Made by a program: the position numbers and the translations under genes
In this document: one piece after another, positions 49,460 to 58,217 of the stretch
Layout: the number at the start of each line of letters is the position of its first letter
Numbering within the stretch: position 1 is the stretch's first letter
The notes under the pieces: generated by a model
Database searches by the model: none
What the model saw: the letters and a program-made list of their open reading frames with translations, nothing else
What the model was told of the DNA's origin: nothing
Assembly: GCA_965250285.1 (NCBI GenBank)
Contig: OZ252299.1
Coordinates: 5,344,001 to 5,408,000 of the forward strand
Origin: Myxococcota bacterium
GTDB taxonomy: Bacteria; Myxococcota_A; UBA9160; UBA4427
DNA length: 64,000 nt
Reading direction: 5' to 3'

Positions 49460-49902
49460 ACGAGATGCCGAACCCGGTCGTGCCGCGCATCGTCTGGGCT
49501 TCGCTGGTGGCGACCCAGGTGATGCTGATCGCGATCCCGGGCTCCGAGGCGCCGACGGGGGCACCCCCCGTCCTGATGACGGCGCTCGCGGCCGTCGCCG
49601 TGCTCGAAGGCGTGGCGGCGTTCCTGGCGTTTCGAATGGCCGTGATCGGTCGCATCCGCAGCGGCGCGCTCGACGTCTCGACGCCCGAGGCCGCCGCGCG
49701 TGCGAACGCCGCGCTCATCGTCTGTTGGTCGCTCGCCGCATCGGTGGGGATCTACGGCTTCGTGCTGCGCGTGCTCGGCGCATCGTACGGCGACACGCTC
49801 GCCTTCGTCATCGGCGGCTTCGCGCTGATGGGCCTGATGCACCCGTGGCACGCCGAGCTGACGCCCCGGCCGGGCGGCGGGTGCCCGACGCCGATCGAGT
49901 GA
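49456..49902 (+). CDS. Hypothetical membrane protein
   Basis: Four hydrophobic segments; GTGA coupling. Confidence 0.6.
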   Translation: MNEMPNPVVPRIVWASLVATQVMLIAIPGSEAPTGAPPVLMTALAAVAVLEGVAAFLAFRMAVIGRIRSGALDVSTPEAAARANAALIVCWSLAASVGIYGFVLRVLGASYGDTLAFVIGGFALMGLMHPWHAELTPRPGGGCPTPIE

Positions 49903-49920
49903 CGCCGAGGCGCTGCGTTC

Positions 49921-50733
49921 TCAGTGCCCGCTGTAGTTCGGCTTTCGCTTCTGCAGGAACGCCATCATGCCCTCCATGACGTCCTTCGACTGGGCGCAGA
50001 GGATCTGGTTGCGATCCTCCATGGCGATTGCGGCTTCGAGGGAGCCCGCGTCGAGGCTCATGTTGAGCCCCTCCTTGGTGAGCCGCAGACCGAGGGGCGA
50101 GGTCGCGAGCATGTCCTCGGCCAGGGCGCGTGCTTCGGCTTCGAGGTCTTCGTCTGCGACGACGGCCGAGACGAGCCCGGTGGCGAGCGCGCGGTCGGCT
50201 TCGATGAAGCGGCCCGTCAGCATCAGCTCGTACGCGACCGACGCACCGACGATGCGCGGCAGGAAGTAGCTGACGCCGACGTCGCAGGCCGAGAGCCCGA
50301 TGCGGATGAACGCGGCGTTCATGCGCGCGCTCTGGCCGGCGAGCCGGACGTCGCTCGCGAGCGCCAGCGCGAAGCCGCCCCCCGACGCCGCGCCGTGCAC
50401 GCACGCGATGATCGGCTGCGGTGCGTAGCGCATCATGAGCGCGAGCTCGCTGATGTGGCGCTGCCCGCGCAGCCCCGCGGCCGGGCCCGTGCCGATGGCC
50501 TCGGTGCCCTCGCGGCTCGACGACTCCTTCAGGTCGAGCCCGGCGCAGAACGCCCGCCCGGCGCCGCGCAGCACGACGACGCGGATCTCCTGCTGTCGCT
50601 GCGGCAAGCCACCGAAGAAGTCGCGCAGCTCGTCGACGAGCTTGCGGCTCATCGCGTTGAGCGAGTCGGGGCGGTTGAGGGTCAGCCAGGCGACCTGGTC
50701 TTCGATCTTCAGCTCGAGCGTCTCGTACGACAA
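49921..50733 (-). CDS. Enoyl-CoA hydratase/isomerase family protein
   Basis: LNRPDSLNAM; AFCAGLDL; GGGFALALASD; TTG start. Confidence 0.9.
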   Translation of the reverse strand: MSYETLELKIEDQVAWLTLNRPDSLNAMSRKLVDELRDFFGGLPQRQQEIRVVVLRGAGRAFCAGLDLKESSSREGTEAIGTGPAAGLRGQRHISELALMMRYAPQPIIACVHGAASGGGFALALASDVRLAGQSARMNAAFIRIGLSACDVGVSYFLPRIVGASVAYELMLTGRFIEADRALATGLVSAVVADEDLEAEARALAEDMLATSPLGLRLTKEGLNMSLDAGSLEAAIAMEDRNQILCAQSKDVMEGMMAFLQKRKPNYSGH

Positions 50734-50801
50734 AGGGGTTCTCCGTTTCGGTCGGGTGTTCGCAGGGTCGGGCGGGCCTGTGCGAGCCGGGGCTCGCCGC
50801 G

Positions 50802-51404
50802 TCAGTCCGGCGGCGTGACGCGCGCGACGCCGATCATCGACTCGCGGGTCACGATGGCGGCGAGCTGCTCTTCGCTCCAGCCCTCGGTGCCTTCGGGCCG
50901 CAGCGGCAGCACGATGAACCGGGTCTCGGCCGTCGTGTCCCAGACGCGCACGGCCGTCTCGGCTTCGATCTCGAGCCCCATCTCGCGCAGCACGCGACGC
51001 GGCGCCTTGGCAACCCGGGCCCGATAGGCGGGGCTCTTGTACCAGTCGGGCGGTAGACCGAGCACCGGCCAGGCCGTGCACGAGCACTGGGTGCAGACGA
51101 TCACGTGGTGCAGCGCCGGGGTCGCCTCGAGCGCGACGATGTACTCGCCCTGGGCGCCCTCGAAGCCGAGCTCGGCGCACGCAGCGGTGCCGTCTTCGAG
51201 CAGGCGCTTGCGGTAGGCCGGGTCGGTCCAGGCGCGGGCGACGACCTTCGCCCCGTTTCGCCAGTGGATGCGCTCGGTGTAGGCGTCGTCGACCATCGCG
51301 AGGCCGGCCTCGTCGACGAGCCCTTGGTCGCTCAGGGCGTCGGCGAGGGCCTGGGCGCGGGCTTCGACCGGGGCGGCGGTCTGTTCGTCGTGCGGATCGC
51401 TCAC
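50802..51404 (-). CDS. nthA: Nitrile hydratase alpha subunit
   Basis: GAKVVARAWTDPAY; VCTQCSCTAWPVLGLPPDWYKS; VWDTTAETR; LRPEGTEGWSEEQL. Confidence 0.93.
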   Translation of the reverse strand: MSDPHDEQTAAPVEARAQALADALSDQGLVDEAGLAMVDDAYTERIHWRNGAKVVARAWTDPAYRKRLLEDGTAACAELGFEGAQGEYIVALEATPALHHVIVCTQCSCTAWPVLGLPPDWYKSPAYRARVAKAPRRVLREMGLEIEAETAVRVWDTTAETRFIVLPLRPEGTEGWSEEQLAAIVTRESMIGVARVTPPD

Positions 51405-52033
51405 GCGGCGGGCTCCAGATAGGTCTGCCAGAGATCGACGACGACTGCGTCGTCGGCCTCCGCGGCGTCGCCCCAAAGGTCAGCGGCCTGAAACGCCACG
51501 TGATAGGTGGGCTCGCTGCGCGGTGAGAGGCCGTGGGCCGCGTGGTCGGGAAACGAGAACGCCGGCGCGACGTGCACGACCTCACCGACGTGACCGCGGC
51601 AGTAGCGCGGCACCCGCGTATGTCCGGCCGGATGGATCTCGCGCACCCGCACGCGATCGCCCACGCCGAAGCGCGGCGCGGCTGGCTCGGCGCGGCCGTC
51701 GTCTTCGACGCGCGCCGCGGCGCGCGCGAGCGGGAATCGGCCGCCGGCGCGGCGCTCGAGGTCGGCGAGATCGACCGTGCCCTTCTCGACCAGCAGACTC
51801 GCTGCGCCGGTCAGCACCCGTTCGTAGTACGAGGCGGCGAGATAGTGGGCCGGAGTCATGCGTTCGATCGCATGCCGGTACTCGTCGGCGTTGTGATGGC
51901 CGTGCACCGAGATCATCAGCCCGTTGACCGCGAACGCGACGCTCTCCCAGGGCTCGTGAAAGACGGGTTCGTCCCGCTCGACTTCGACGGCGCCGAAGCC
52001 GTCCATGCCGCCCATGTCGTGGATGCCGTCCAC
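51401..52033 (-). CDS. nthB: Nitrile hydratase beta subunit
   Basis: DGIHDMGGMDGFG; RHAIERM; SYYER; GHTRVPRY; DLWQTYLEPA. Confidence 0.93.
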   Translation of the reverse strand: MDGIHDMGGMDGFGAVEVERDEPVFHEPWESVAFAVNGLMISVHGHHNADEYRHAIERMTPAHYLAASYYERVLTGAASLLVEKGTVDLADLERRAGGRFPLARAAARVEDDGRAEPAAPRFGVGDRVRVREIHPAGHTRVPRYCRGHVGEVVHVAPAFSFPDHAAHGLSPRSEPTYHVAFQAADLWGDAAEADDAVVVDLWQTYLEPAA

Positions 52034-52402
52034 CGCCGTCGCGCCCCTCTGGTCGGCCGGCGGCTCGCGCGCCGCCGGGAGATCGAGGTTTCCGCGTCCT
52101 GGGGCCGGCGGCAACGCGTCGAGGGGCGGTCTGCATCCCGCGATGGATGGTGCCCCGCAGGGCAAGCGGCTTGCTGCCGGCGCGCTGCCTTGACCCAAAC
52201 CCGCGCCAAAGCTAACTATCTGCGCTCCCGAGCACCCGGTGGCGCGGTTCACGGCCCCGTCTGGCTCGGTCCCAGACCCAGCGCGAGACCGATTCGCCGC
52301 GTCGTCCGAAGGCCCGCGCCTTTGCCGACCGCGCGCATCCCCCGCGCCAAGCCATCGCGCGCCCCGGCCCGACTCGCCTCGGGCGCGAGCAGGAGAATCG
52401 AC

Positions 52403-52702
52403 ATGGCCCGCCGCTGCAGCCTCACCGGCAAAGACGTTCAGTACGGCCACAACGTCTCGCACTCGATGCGCGCGACCAACCGCCGCTTCGAGCCGAACAT
52501 CCAGAAGGTCACGCTGCGCAGCGAGGTGCTGGGTCGCGCCGTGCCGATGAAGGTGGCCGCCCGCACCCTGCGCACGGTGCAGAAGAAGGGCGGCCTCGAC
52601 GGCTTCCTGCTCGGCACCGCCGACGCGAAGCTCATGCCCGAGGCGTTGCGCCTCAAGCGGCAGATCCAGAAGAAGCTCGGCGGCGTGCCCAAGAGCGCGT
52701 GA
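52403..52702 (+). CDS. rpmB: 50S ribosomal protein L28
   Basis: MARRCSLTGK...GHNVSHS...RRFEPNIQ; AGGAG RBS. Confidence 0.96.
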   Translation: MARRCSLTGKDVQYGHNVSHSMRATNRRFEPNIQKVTLRSEVLGRAVPMKVAARTLRTVQKKGGLDGFLLGTADAKLMPEALRLKRQIQKKLGGVPKSA

Positions 52703-52720
52703 GCCGAGCCCGGTTGCATT

Positions 52721-52762
52721 CGAAGAGCCCGCGCCCGCGAACGGCGCGGGCTCTCTTCGTTT
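52721..52762 (+). terminator. Rho-independent terminator
   Basis: AGAGCCCGCGCC-loop-GGCGCGGGCTCT followed by CTTCGTTT. Confidence 0.75.
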
Positions 52763-52793
52763 GGGGACCCGAACGCGCGGGGTGGAGACGGCG

Positions 52794-53498
52794 ATGACGG
52801 CGCATGGCTCGAGCACCGAGCAGCAGCATTCGAAGAAGAAGACCTGGCTCTGGTGGAGCAGCGGCAAGGACAGCGCCTGGTCGCTGCACGCACTCGCCGC
52901 CGACCCCGACTACGAGGTGACCGCGCTCGTCACGACGATCAACGTCGTGGCCGATCGCGTGGCGATGCACGCGGTGCGCACCGAGCTGCTGCGCGCTCAG
53001 GCCGAGCGGGTCGGGCTGCCGCTTCACATCGGTGAGCTGCCGCACCCGTGCCCGAATGGTGTGTACGAAGAGGTGGCGGCGCGGCTCGTCGCCGAGGCCG
53101 AGGCCGAGGGCGTGACGCACATGGCCTTTGGCGACCTGTTCCTCGAGGACGTGCGCGACTACCGGCTGCAGCTGCTCGCCGACACGCCGATCGAGCCCGT
53201 ATTTCCGCTCTGGGGGCTCGATACGGCCCGCATGGCCCGCGACGTCGTCGATGGCGGGGTGCGCGCGGTGCTGACCTGCGTCGATCCGAAGCAGCTCGAT
53301 CCGTCGTTCGTGGGGCGCGCCTACGACCACGCCCTGCTCGACGAATTGCCGCCGGGCGTCGATCCATGCGGTGAGAACGGCGAGTTCCACAGCTTCGTAC
53401 ACGATTCGCCCGAGATGTCGCGGCCGATCGAGGTCGAGGTGGGCGAGCGCATCCAGCGCGACGGCTTCTGGTTCGCCGACGTGCGGCCGACTGGCTGA
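52794..53498 (+). CDS. PP-loop ATP pyrophosphatase (diphthine-ammonia ligase / MJ0570-like)
   Basis: WSSGKDS; FGDLFLEDVR; DPCGENGEFHSFV. Confidence 0.88.
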   Translation: MTAHGSSTEQQHSKKKTWLWWSSGKDSAWSLHALAADPDYEVTALVTTINVVADRVAMHAVRTELLRAQAERVGLPLHIGELPHPCPNGVYEEVAARLVAEAEAEGVTHMAFGDLFLEDVRDYRLQLLADTPIEPVFPLWGLDTARMARDVVDGGVRAVLTCVDPKQLDPSFVGRAYDHALLDELPPGVDPCGENGEFHSFVHDSPEMSRPIEVEVGERIQRDGFWFADVRPTG

Positions 53499-53582
53499 AG
53501 GCGCGCCGCGCCCCGAAACGAGAACGGGGCCCACACCGCTTCGGTGTGAGCCCCGTCGAATCGTCGCGATGGCGGGTGCCTG

Positions 53583-53694
53583 CTTCTTGGCGCCGGAGCG
53601 CTTGCGGAAGCGGTCGATCTAGCTTGGCCTCGGGGGCCAGACAACTCGCCCCGCTACTTCTTGCCGCCGTAGCGCTTGCGGAAGCGGTCGATCT
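53583..53694. repeat. 38-bp direct repeat duplicating the rpmE2 3' end
   Basis: 53583-53620 vs 53657-53694, 36/38 identical, 24-bp perfect core. Confidence 0.9.
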
Positions 53695-53899
53695 TGCCGT
53701 CGCTGTCGAGCTCGCGCATCGTGCCCGTCCAGAACGGGTGGCTCTCGGCGCTGATCTCGAGGCGCACGACCGGCACTTCGACGCCGTCGACCTCGCGGGT
53801 CTCCTTCGACGTCATGGTCGAGCGCGACACCCACTCGTTGCCGGTGGCCGAGTCGAGGAAGATCACGTCGTGGTAGTCGGGATGGATCTCGTCCTTCAT
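53654..53899 (-). CDS. rpmE2: 50S ribosomal protein L31 type B (zinc-free)
   Basis: MKDEIHPDYHDVIFLD...EISAESHPFWTG...GKIDRFRKRYG; no Cys. Confidence 0.95.
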   Translation of the reverse strand: MKDEIHPDYHDVIFLDSATGNEWVSRSTMTSKETREVDGVEVPVVRLEISAESHPFWTGTMRELDSDGKIDRFRKRYGGKK

Positions 53900-53919
53900 G
53901 GTCTCTCTCCCTCTCGCCG

Positions 53920-54225
53920 CTACCAGGACGACTTGCGCACGCCCGGCAGCTGGCCGCGCAGGGCGAGCTCGCGCAGGGCGATGCGGCTGATACCGAACTT
54001 GCGGTAGTACGCCTTCGAGCGACCGCTCACGGCGCAACGCGAGTTGAGGCGCGTCGGGCAGGCGTTGCGCGGCATCTTGGCGAAGGCCTGCTGGATCTGG
54101 AGCTTCTCGTCGATCGAGACCTCGGGGTCCTTCAGGCGCTTGCGCAGCTCGGCCCGCTTCTCGGCGTGCTTCGCAACGAGCGCGCGACGTCGGTTGTCGC
54201 GGTTGATCTGACTCTTCTTGGCCAT
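53920..54225 (-). CDS. rpsN: 30S ribosomal protein S14, long zinc-free type
   Basis: MAKKS...[18 protein letters not shown]...[21 protein letters not shown], 101 aa. Confidence 0.96.
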   Translation of the reverse strand: MAKKSQINRDNRRRALVAKHAEKRAELRKRLKDPEVSIDEKLQIQQAFAKMPRNACPTRLNSRCAVSGRSKAYYRKFGISRIALRELALRGQLPGVRKSSW

Positions 54226-54686
54226 GCGTGACTCCGCCGGTCGACGCCCCCGCGAAGGTGAGGGGGTCGAGCGACCGGTGTGAAAGGCTCTGGGACTCCG
54301 GTCGAACCCATCGGCGAGTTGCACCGGGGACCGGAGAGCGCCGGAGGGTAGGCGCCCGGAGGGCCGGACGCAACTGAGAACGCCGTCTGGGTCGGGCGCG
54401 CCGCCCACGGCGAAAACGCTGGCGGGGCAAGTGGTTGGCCGTGGTCCGGCCCCGCGTCTCGGCGGCTTCGGCCGCGCCCGAATCGCGGCGCATCGCCCCC
54501 ATCGGGAGGGGGGTGGTCTAATCTACCGGCCCCGCGGTCCCCGGAAGGACGCCCCCTGGCGCCCGGAGAGCCCGGTGAGGACCCGATCCGCGACCGAGCC
54601 AGCCGCTCGCCTCGCGGCGAGACCGCGCGAAACGACGACGGAACAACGCGCGAAACGACGACGGACGAGAGACGAGAGAAGGTGTC

Positions 54687-57386
54687 ATGAGCGAAGCAGA
54701 AGCGGGGGCCGACGGCCGCGTGCGGTCGATCGATCCCGCCACCCTCCCGAAGCACTTCGACTCGGCCGAGGCCGAGGCGCGCTGGGACGAGGCCTGGCAG
54801 AAGTCGGGCATCTATCAATGGGATGCGTCGCGCCCGCGCGAAGAGACCTACGTCGTCGACACGCCGCCGCCCACGGCGTCGGGCTCGCTCCACATCGGGC
54901 ACGTCTTCTCGTACACCCAGGCCGACGTGATGGTGCGTTACAAGCGCATGCGCGGTCAGAACATCTTCTACCCGATGGGCTGGGACGACAACGGTCTGCC
55001 CACCGAGCGCCGGGTGCAGAACTACTTCCACATTCGCTGCGACCCGAACGCGCCCTACGAAGAGGGCATGACGTTCGAAGAGGCGAGCGCGAAGGTGCGC
55101 AAGAAGCCGGCGCGACACGTCTCGCGGCCGAACTTCATCGAGGCCTGCTACGGGCTGATCGACGAAGACGAAGCAGTGTTCAAACAGCTCTGGCGGCGGC
55201 TCGGCCTCTCGGTCGATTGGCGGCAGGAATACCAGACGATCGACGACCACTGCCGCAAGGTGGCGCAGCTCTCGTTCCGCGATCTGTTCGACAAGGGCGA
55301 GGTCTACACGAGCGAAGCGCCCACGATGTGGGACGCCGACTTCCAGACCGCGGTGGCGCAGGCCGAGGTCGAAGACAAGACGATCCCCGGCGCCTACCAC
55401 CACATCGAGTTCGCGGTGCAGGGCAGCGATCAGTCGTTCACGATCGCGACGACGCGGCCCGAGCTGCTCGCGGCGTGCGTGGGCGTGACCGCGCATCCCG
55501 ACGACGAACGCTACAAGCCGCTCTTCGGCCAGCACGCGGTGACGCCGCTCTTCCACGCCCCGGTGCCGATCTTCGCGAGCGAGATGGCCGACCCCGAGAA
55601 GGGCACCGGCGTGCTTATGGTGTGTACGTTCGGCGACGCGACCGACGTGCAGTGGTGGCGCGAAGAGGGGCTCGCGCTGCGTCAGATCATCGGGCGCAAC
55701 GGCCGGCTGATCGACGTCGAGTACACCGCCGACGGCGACTTCCCGAGCCTCAAGCCCGAGGCCGCGAATGCGAGCTACGCCGAGATCGCGGGCAAGAACG
55801 TGAAGCAGGCCCAGGCGCGCATCGTCGAGCTGCTGCGCGAGCCCGACGGCAGCGCCACCGGCAACGGTGCGCCGCTGCAGGGCGAGCCCGAGACGATGGA
55901 GCACCCGGTCAAGTTCTTCGAGAAGGGTGACCGACCCCTCGAGTACGTGCCGACGCGGCAGTGGTTCGCGAAGCTGCTCGACAAGAAGGCGGCCCTCATC
56001 GAGAAGGGCGAAGAGGTGCAGTGGCATCCCCCCTTCATGTCGGCGCGCTACCGCGACTGGACCGAGAATCTCAGCCTCGACTGGTGTCTCTCGCGGCAGC
56101 GCTTCTTCGGTGTGCCGATCCCGGTCTGGTACCCGCTCGATCACAACGGCGAGCCCGACTACGACGGGGTGATCTGCGCCGAGCGCGAGCAGATGCCCTG
56201 TGACCCGACGGTCGACGTGCCGAAGGGCTACGACGAGGGCCAGCGCGGGCAGCCGGGCGGCTTCGCGGCCGATCCCGACATCTTCGATACGTGGTTCACG
56301 AGCTCGATGACACCACAGATCAGCTCGCACTGGGGCACCGACGAGGCGCGACACGCGCAGCTCTTTCCGGCCGACGTGCGACCGCAGGGCCACGACATCA
56401 TTCGGACGTGGGCGTTCTACACGATCGCGAAGGCGCTGCTGCACGAAGACTCGGTGCCGTGGCACGGCGCGATGATCTCGGGCTGGATCCTCGACCCCGA
56501 CCGCAAGAAGATGTCGAAGAGCAAGGGCAACGTGATGACGCCGATGCCGCTGCTCGAGAAGTACACGGCCGACGCCGGCCGCTACTGGGCGGCGAGCGCA
56601 CGGCTCGGCAGCGACACCGCGTTCGACGAGAGCGTGTGGAAGATCGGCAAGCGGCTCGTCACCAAGCTTTTCAATGCCGGCAAGTTCGTGCTCGCACAGC
56701 CGGGCGAGGCCCACCCGATCACGAGCGAGCTCGATCGCGCGTTCGTGGCGCGACTCGAAGAGCTCGCAGCCGACTGCACGAAGAACTTCGACGCCTACAA
56801 CTACGCCCACGCGTTGATGGAGGCCGAGCAGTTCTTCTGGGCGAAGTTCACCGACACGTACCTCGAGCTCGCCAAGCCCCGCGCTCGCTGGTTCGAAGAC
56901 GGCGCAACGGGCGACGCGGCCGTCGAGAGCGGCTCGGCCGTGGCGGCGCTGCGCCTCGGTCTTTCGGTGCTGCTGCGGCTGCTCGCCCCGGTGCTGCCGT
57001 ACATCACCGAAGAGGTCTGGTCGTGGTCGTTCGCGGTCGAGACCGGCCACGCGAGCGTGCACGTCGCGCCCTGGCCCGGCGAGGCCGACTTCGCCGACGT
57101 GGCCGCCCCCGACTCGGCGGACAGCTTCGAGATCGCGGTCGCCGCGCTGCAGGCCATCAACAAGGCCAAGGCCGACGGCGAGGTGTCGATGGGGCGTGAG
57201 GTCGAGTCGCTGGTGATCGCGGGCCCCGCGGCGGCGATCGAGACGCTCGGCGGCGTGCTGGGCGACGTACTCGCGGCCGGCCGCGTGCAGGCCCACACCC
57301 TGGCGGTCGACGACACGGTCGAGGCGGGCACGTTCGACGTGCGCGACGCGGTCTTCGCACCGAAGCCCGAGAAGAAGAAGGACTGA
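54687..57386 (+). CDS. valS: Valine--tRNA ligase (short, type 2)
   Basis: DTPPPTASGSLHIGH; ATTRPELL; DWCLSRQR; DTWFTSS; KMSKS. Confidence 0.95.
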   Translation: MSEAEAGADGRVRSIDPATLPKHFDSAEAEARWDEAWQKSGIYQWDASRPREETYVVDTPPPTASGSLHIGHVFSYTQADVMVRYKRMRGQNIFYPMGWDDNGLPTERRVQNYFHIRCDPNAPYEEGMTFEEASAKVRKKPARHVSRPNFIEACYGLIDEDEAVFKQLWRRLGLSVDWRQEYQTIDDHCRKVAQLSFRDLFDKGEVYTSEAPTMWDADFQTAVAQAEVEDKTIPGAYHHIEFAVQGSDQSFTIATTRPELLAACVGVTAHPDDERYKPLFGQHAVTPLFHAPVPIFASEMADPEKGTGVLMVCTFGDATDVQWWREEGLALRQIIGRNGRLIDVEYTADGDFPSLKPEAANASYAEIAGKNVKQAQARIVELLREPDGSATGNGAPLQGEPETMEHPVKFFEKGDRPLEYVPTRQWFAKLLDKKAALIEKGEEVQWHPPFMSARYRDWTENLSLDWCLSRQRFFGVPIPVWYPLDHNGEPDYDGVICAEREQMPCDPTVDVPKGYDEGQRGQPGGFAADPDIFDTWFTSSMTPQISSHWGTDEARHAQLFPADVRPQGHDIIRTWAFYTIAKALLHEDSVPWHGAMISGWILDPDRKKMSKSKGNVMTPMPLLEKYTADAGRYWAASARLGSDTAFDESVWKIGKRLVTKLFNAGKFVLAQPGEAHPITSELDRAFVARLEELAADCTKNFDAYNYAHALMEAEQFFWAKFTDTYLELAKPRARWFEDGATGDAAVESGSAVAALRLGLSVLLRLLAPVLPYITEEVWSWSFAVETGHASVHVAPWPGEADFADVAAPDSADSFEIAVAALQAINKAKADGEVSMGREVESLVIAGPAAAIETLGGVLGDVLAAGRVQAHTLAVDDTVEAGTFDVRDAVFAPKPEKKKD

Positions 57387-57410
57387 CGGGCCCGGGGCCG
57401 GCCCCCGACT

Positions 57411-58127
57411 TCAGCCGCTTCGGTGCCGTCGCGCGCCGATGCCAGCGAGCGCGAGGCCGAGCCCCAGCAGGACCGCCGTCGTCGGCTCGGGAACCAGCGC
57501 GAACGACATCGTCGCTCCGTTCGAGGTGCCTCCGTAATCGGCACCCGCGACCTCTGCATAGAGGTGGTACGTGGTTCCGGGCTCGAGCATGAAGGCGCCG
57601 CGAAACGGACCCTGGCCGAAGGGGCCTTCGAAGACCACGTCGTCGCCGGCGAGGAGCCGGATCACTTCGAACTCGACGTAGCCGCTCATGTCGCCCTCGA
57701 GCGCGTACATCTTCTGCTGGCCGACGGTGAAGAACGCTTCGAATCGCGTGCTCGCATTGTTGTCGCCCGAGCCGCCCAGCCCGATGCCGATCGTGCCACC
57801 CAGCCGATCGGCCGAGGCGTACGTGTGTTGCCAGGCATCGCTGCCGAGGCTCTGCACGCTCGAGCTCCATTCGCCGAGCGTGCGTGTGTCGTCGTTGTCC
57901 GAGTTCGAGTAGTTCTCGTCTTCGCCGTCGATGCCGCAGCCGGGGCAATAGCTGGCGCCAAAGGCGTAGATGCCTCGGCTGGCCGAGACGGGGGTGATCT
58001 CGTAGCCGGCCGGCAACGCGATCGCCTCACTCGCCGGTCCGAGTGCCGCAATGACCACCCAGAAGACGAAGGCGATGTGTCGCATTCGACCTGTGCCCGA
58101 GTCGTAGGCGTTCGAATCGATCTGCAT
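57411..58127 (-). CDS. PEP-CTERM sorting domain surface protein
   Basis: Signal peptide; C-terminal VPEPTTAVLLGLGLALAGIGARRHR; GAGGAG RBS. Confidence 0.85.
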   Translation of the reverse strand: MQIDSNAYDSGTGRMRHIAFVFWVVIAALGPASEAIALPAGYEITPVSASRGIYAFGASYCPGCGIDGEDENYSNSDNDDTRTLGEWSSSVQSLGSDAWQHTYASADRLGGTIGIGLGGSGDNNASTRFEAFFTVGQQKMYALEGDMSGYVEFEVIRLLAGDDVVFEGPFGQGPFRGAFMLEPGTTYHLYAEVAGADYGGTSNGATMSFALVPEPTTAVLLGLGLALAGIGARRHRSG

Positions 58128-58217
58128 GGTGCCCCTCCTCTAGCGGGCCGAGTCGGCCGTTCGCATGAGGGTGGCGCTTCGGCTGGCGAAGTGGCGGTCT
58201 GATTCGTGTCGGGCGGC

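Noticed and set aside
52160..52218. GG-N10-GC (GGCAAGCGGCTTGCT) and TTGACC-N17-TAACTA upstream of rpmB
   Set aside because: Both matches are imperfect and far from the start codon; they cannot be told apart from chance.
53583..53694. CRISPR-like geometry (38-bp repeat, 36-bp spacer)
   Set aside because: Only two copies, one is ribosomal protein coding sequence, and there are no cas genes.
54290..54686. T-box, ZTP, glycine or cobalamin riboswitch, or 6S RNA, between rpsN and valS
   Set aside because: Only short partial matches (GGTGG, CACCGGGGA, GCAACT); the full consensus elements are missing.
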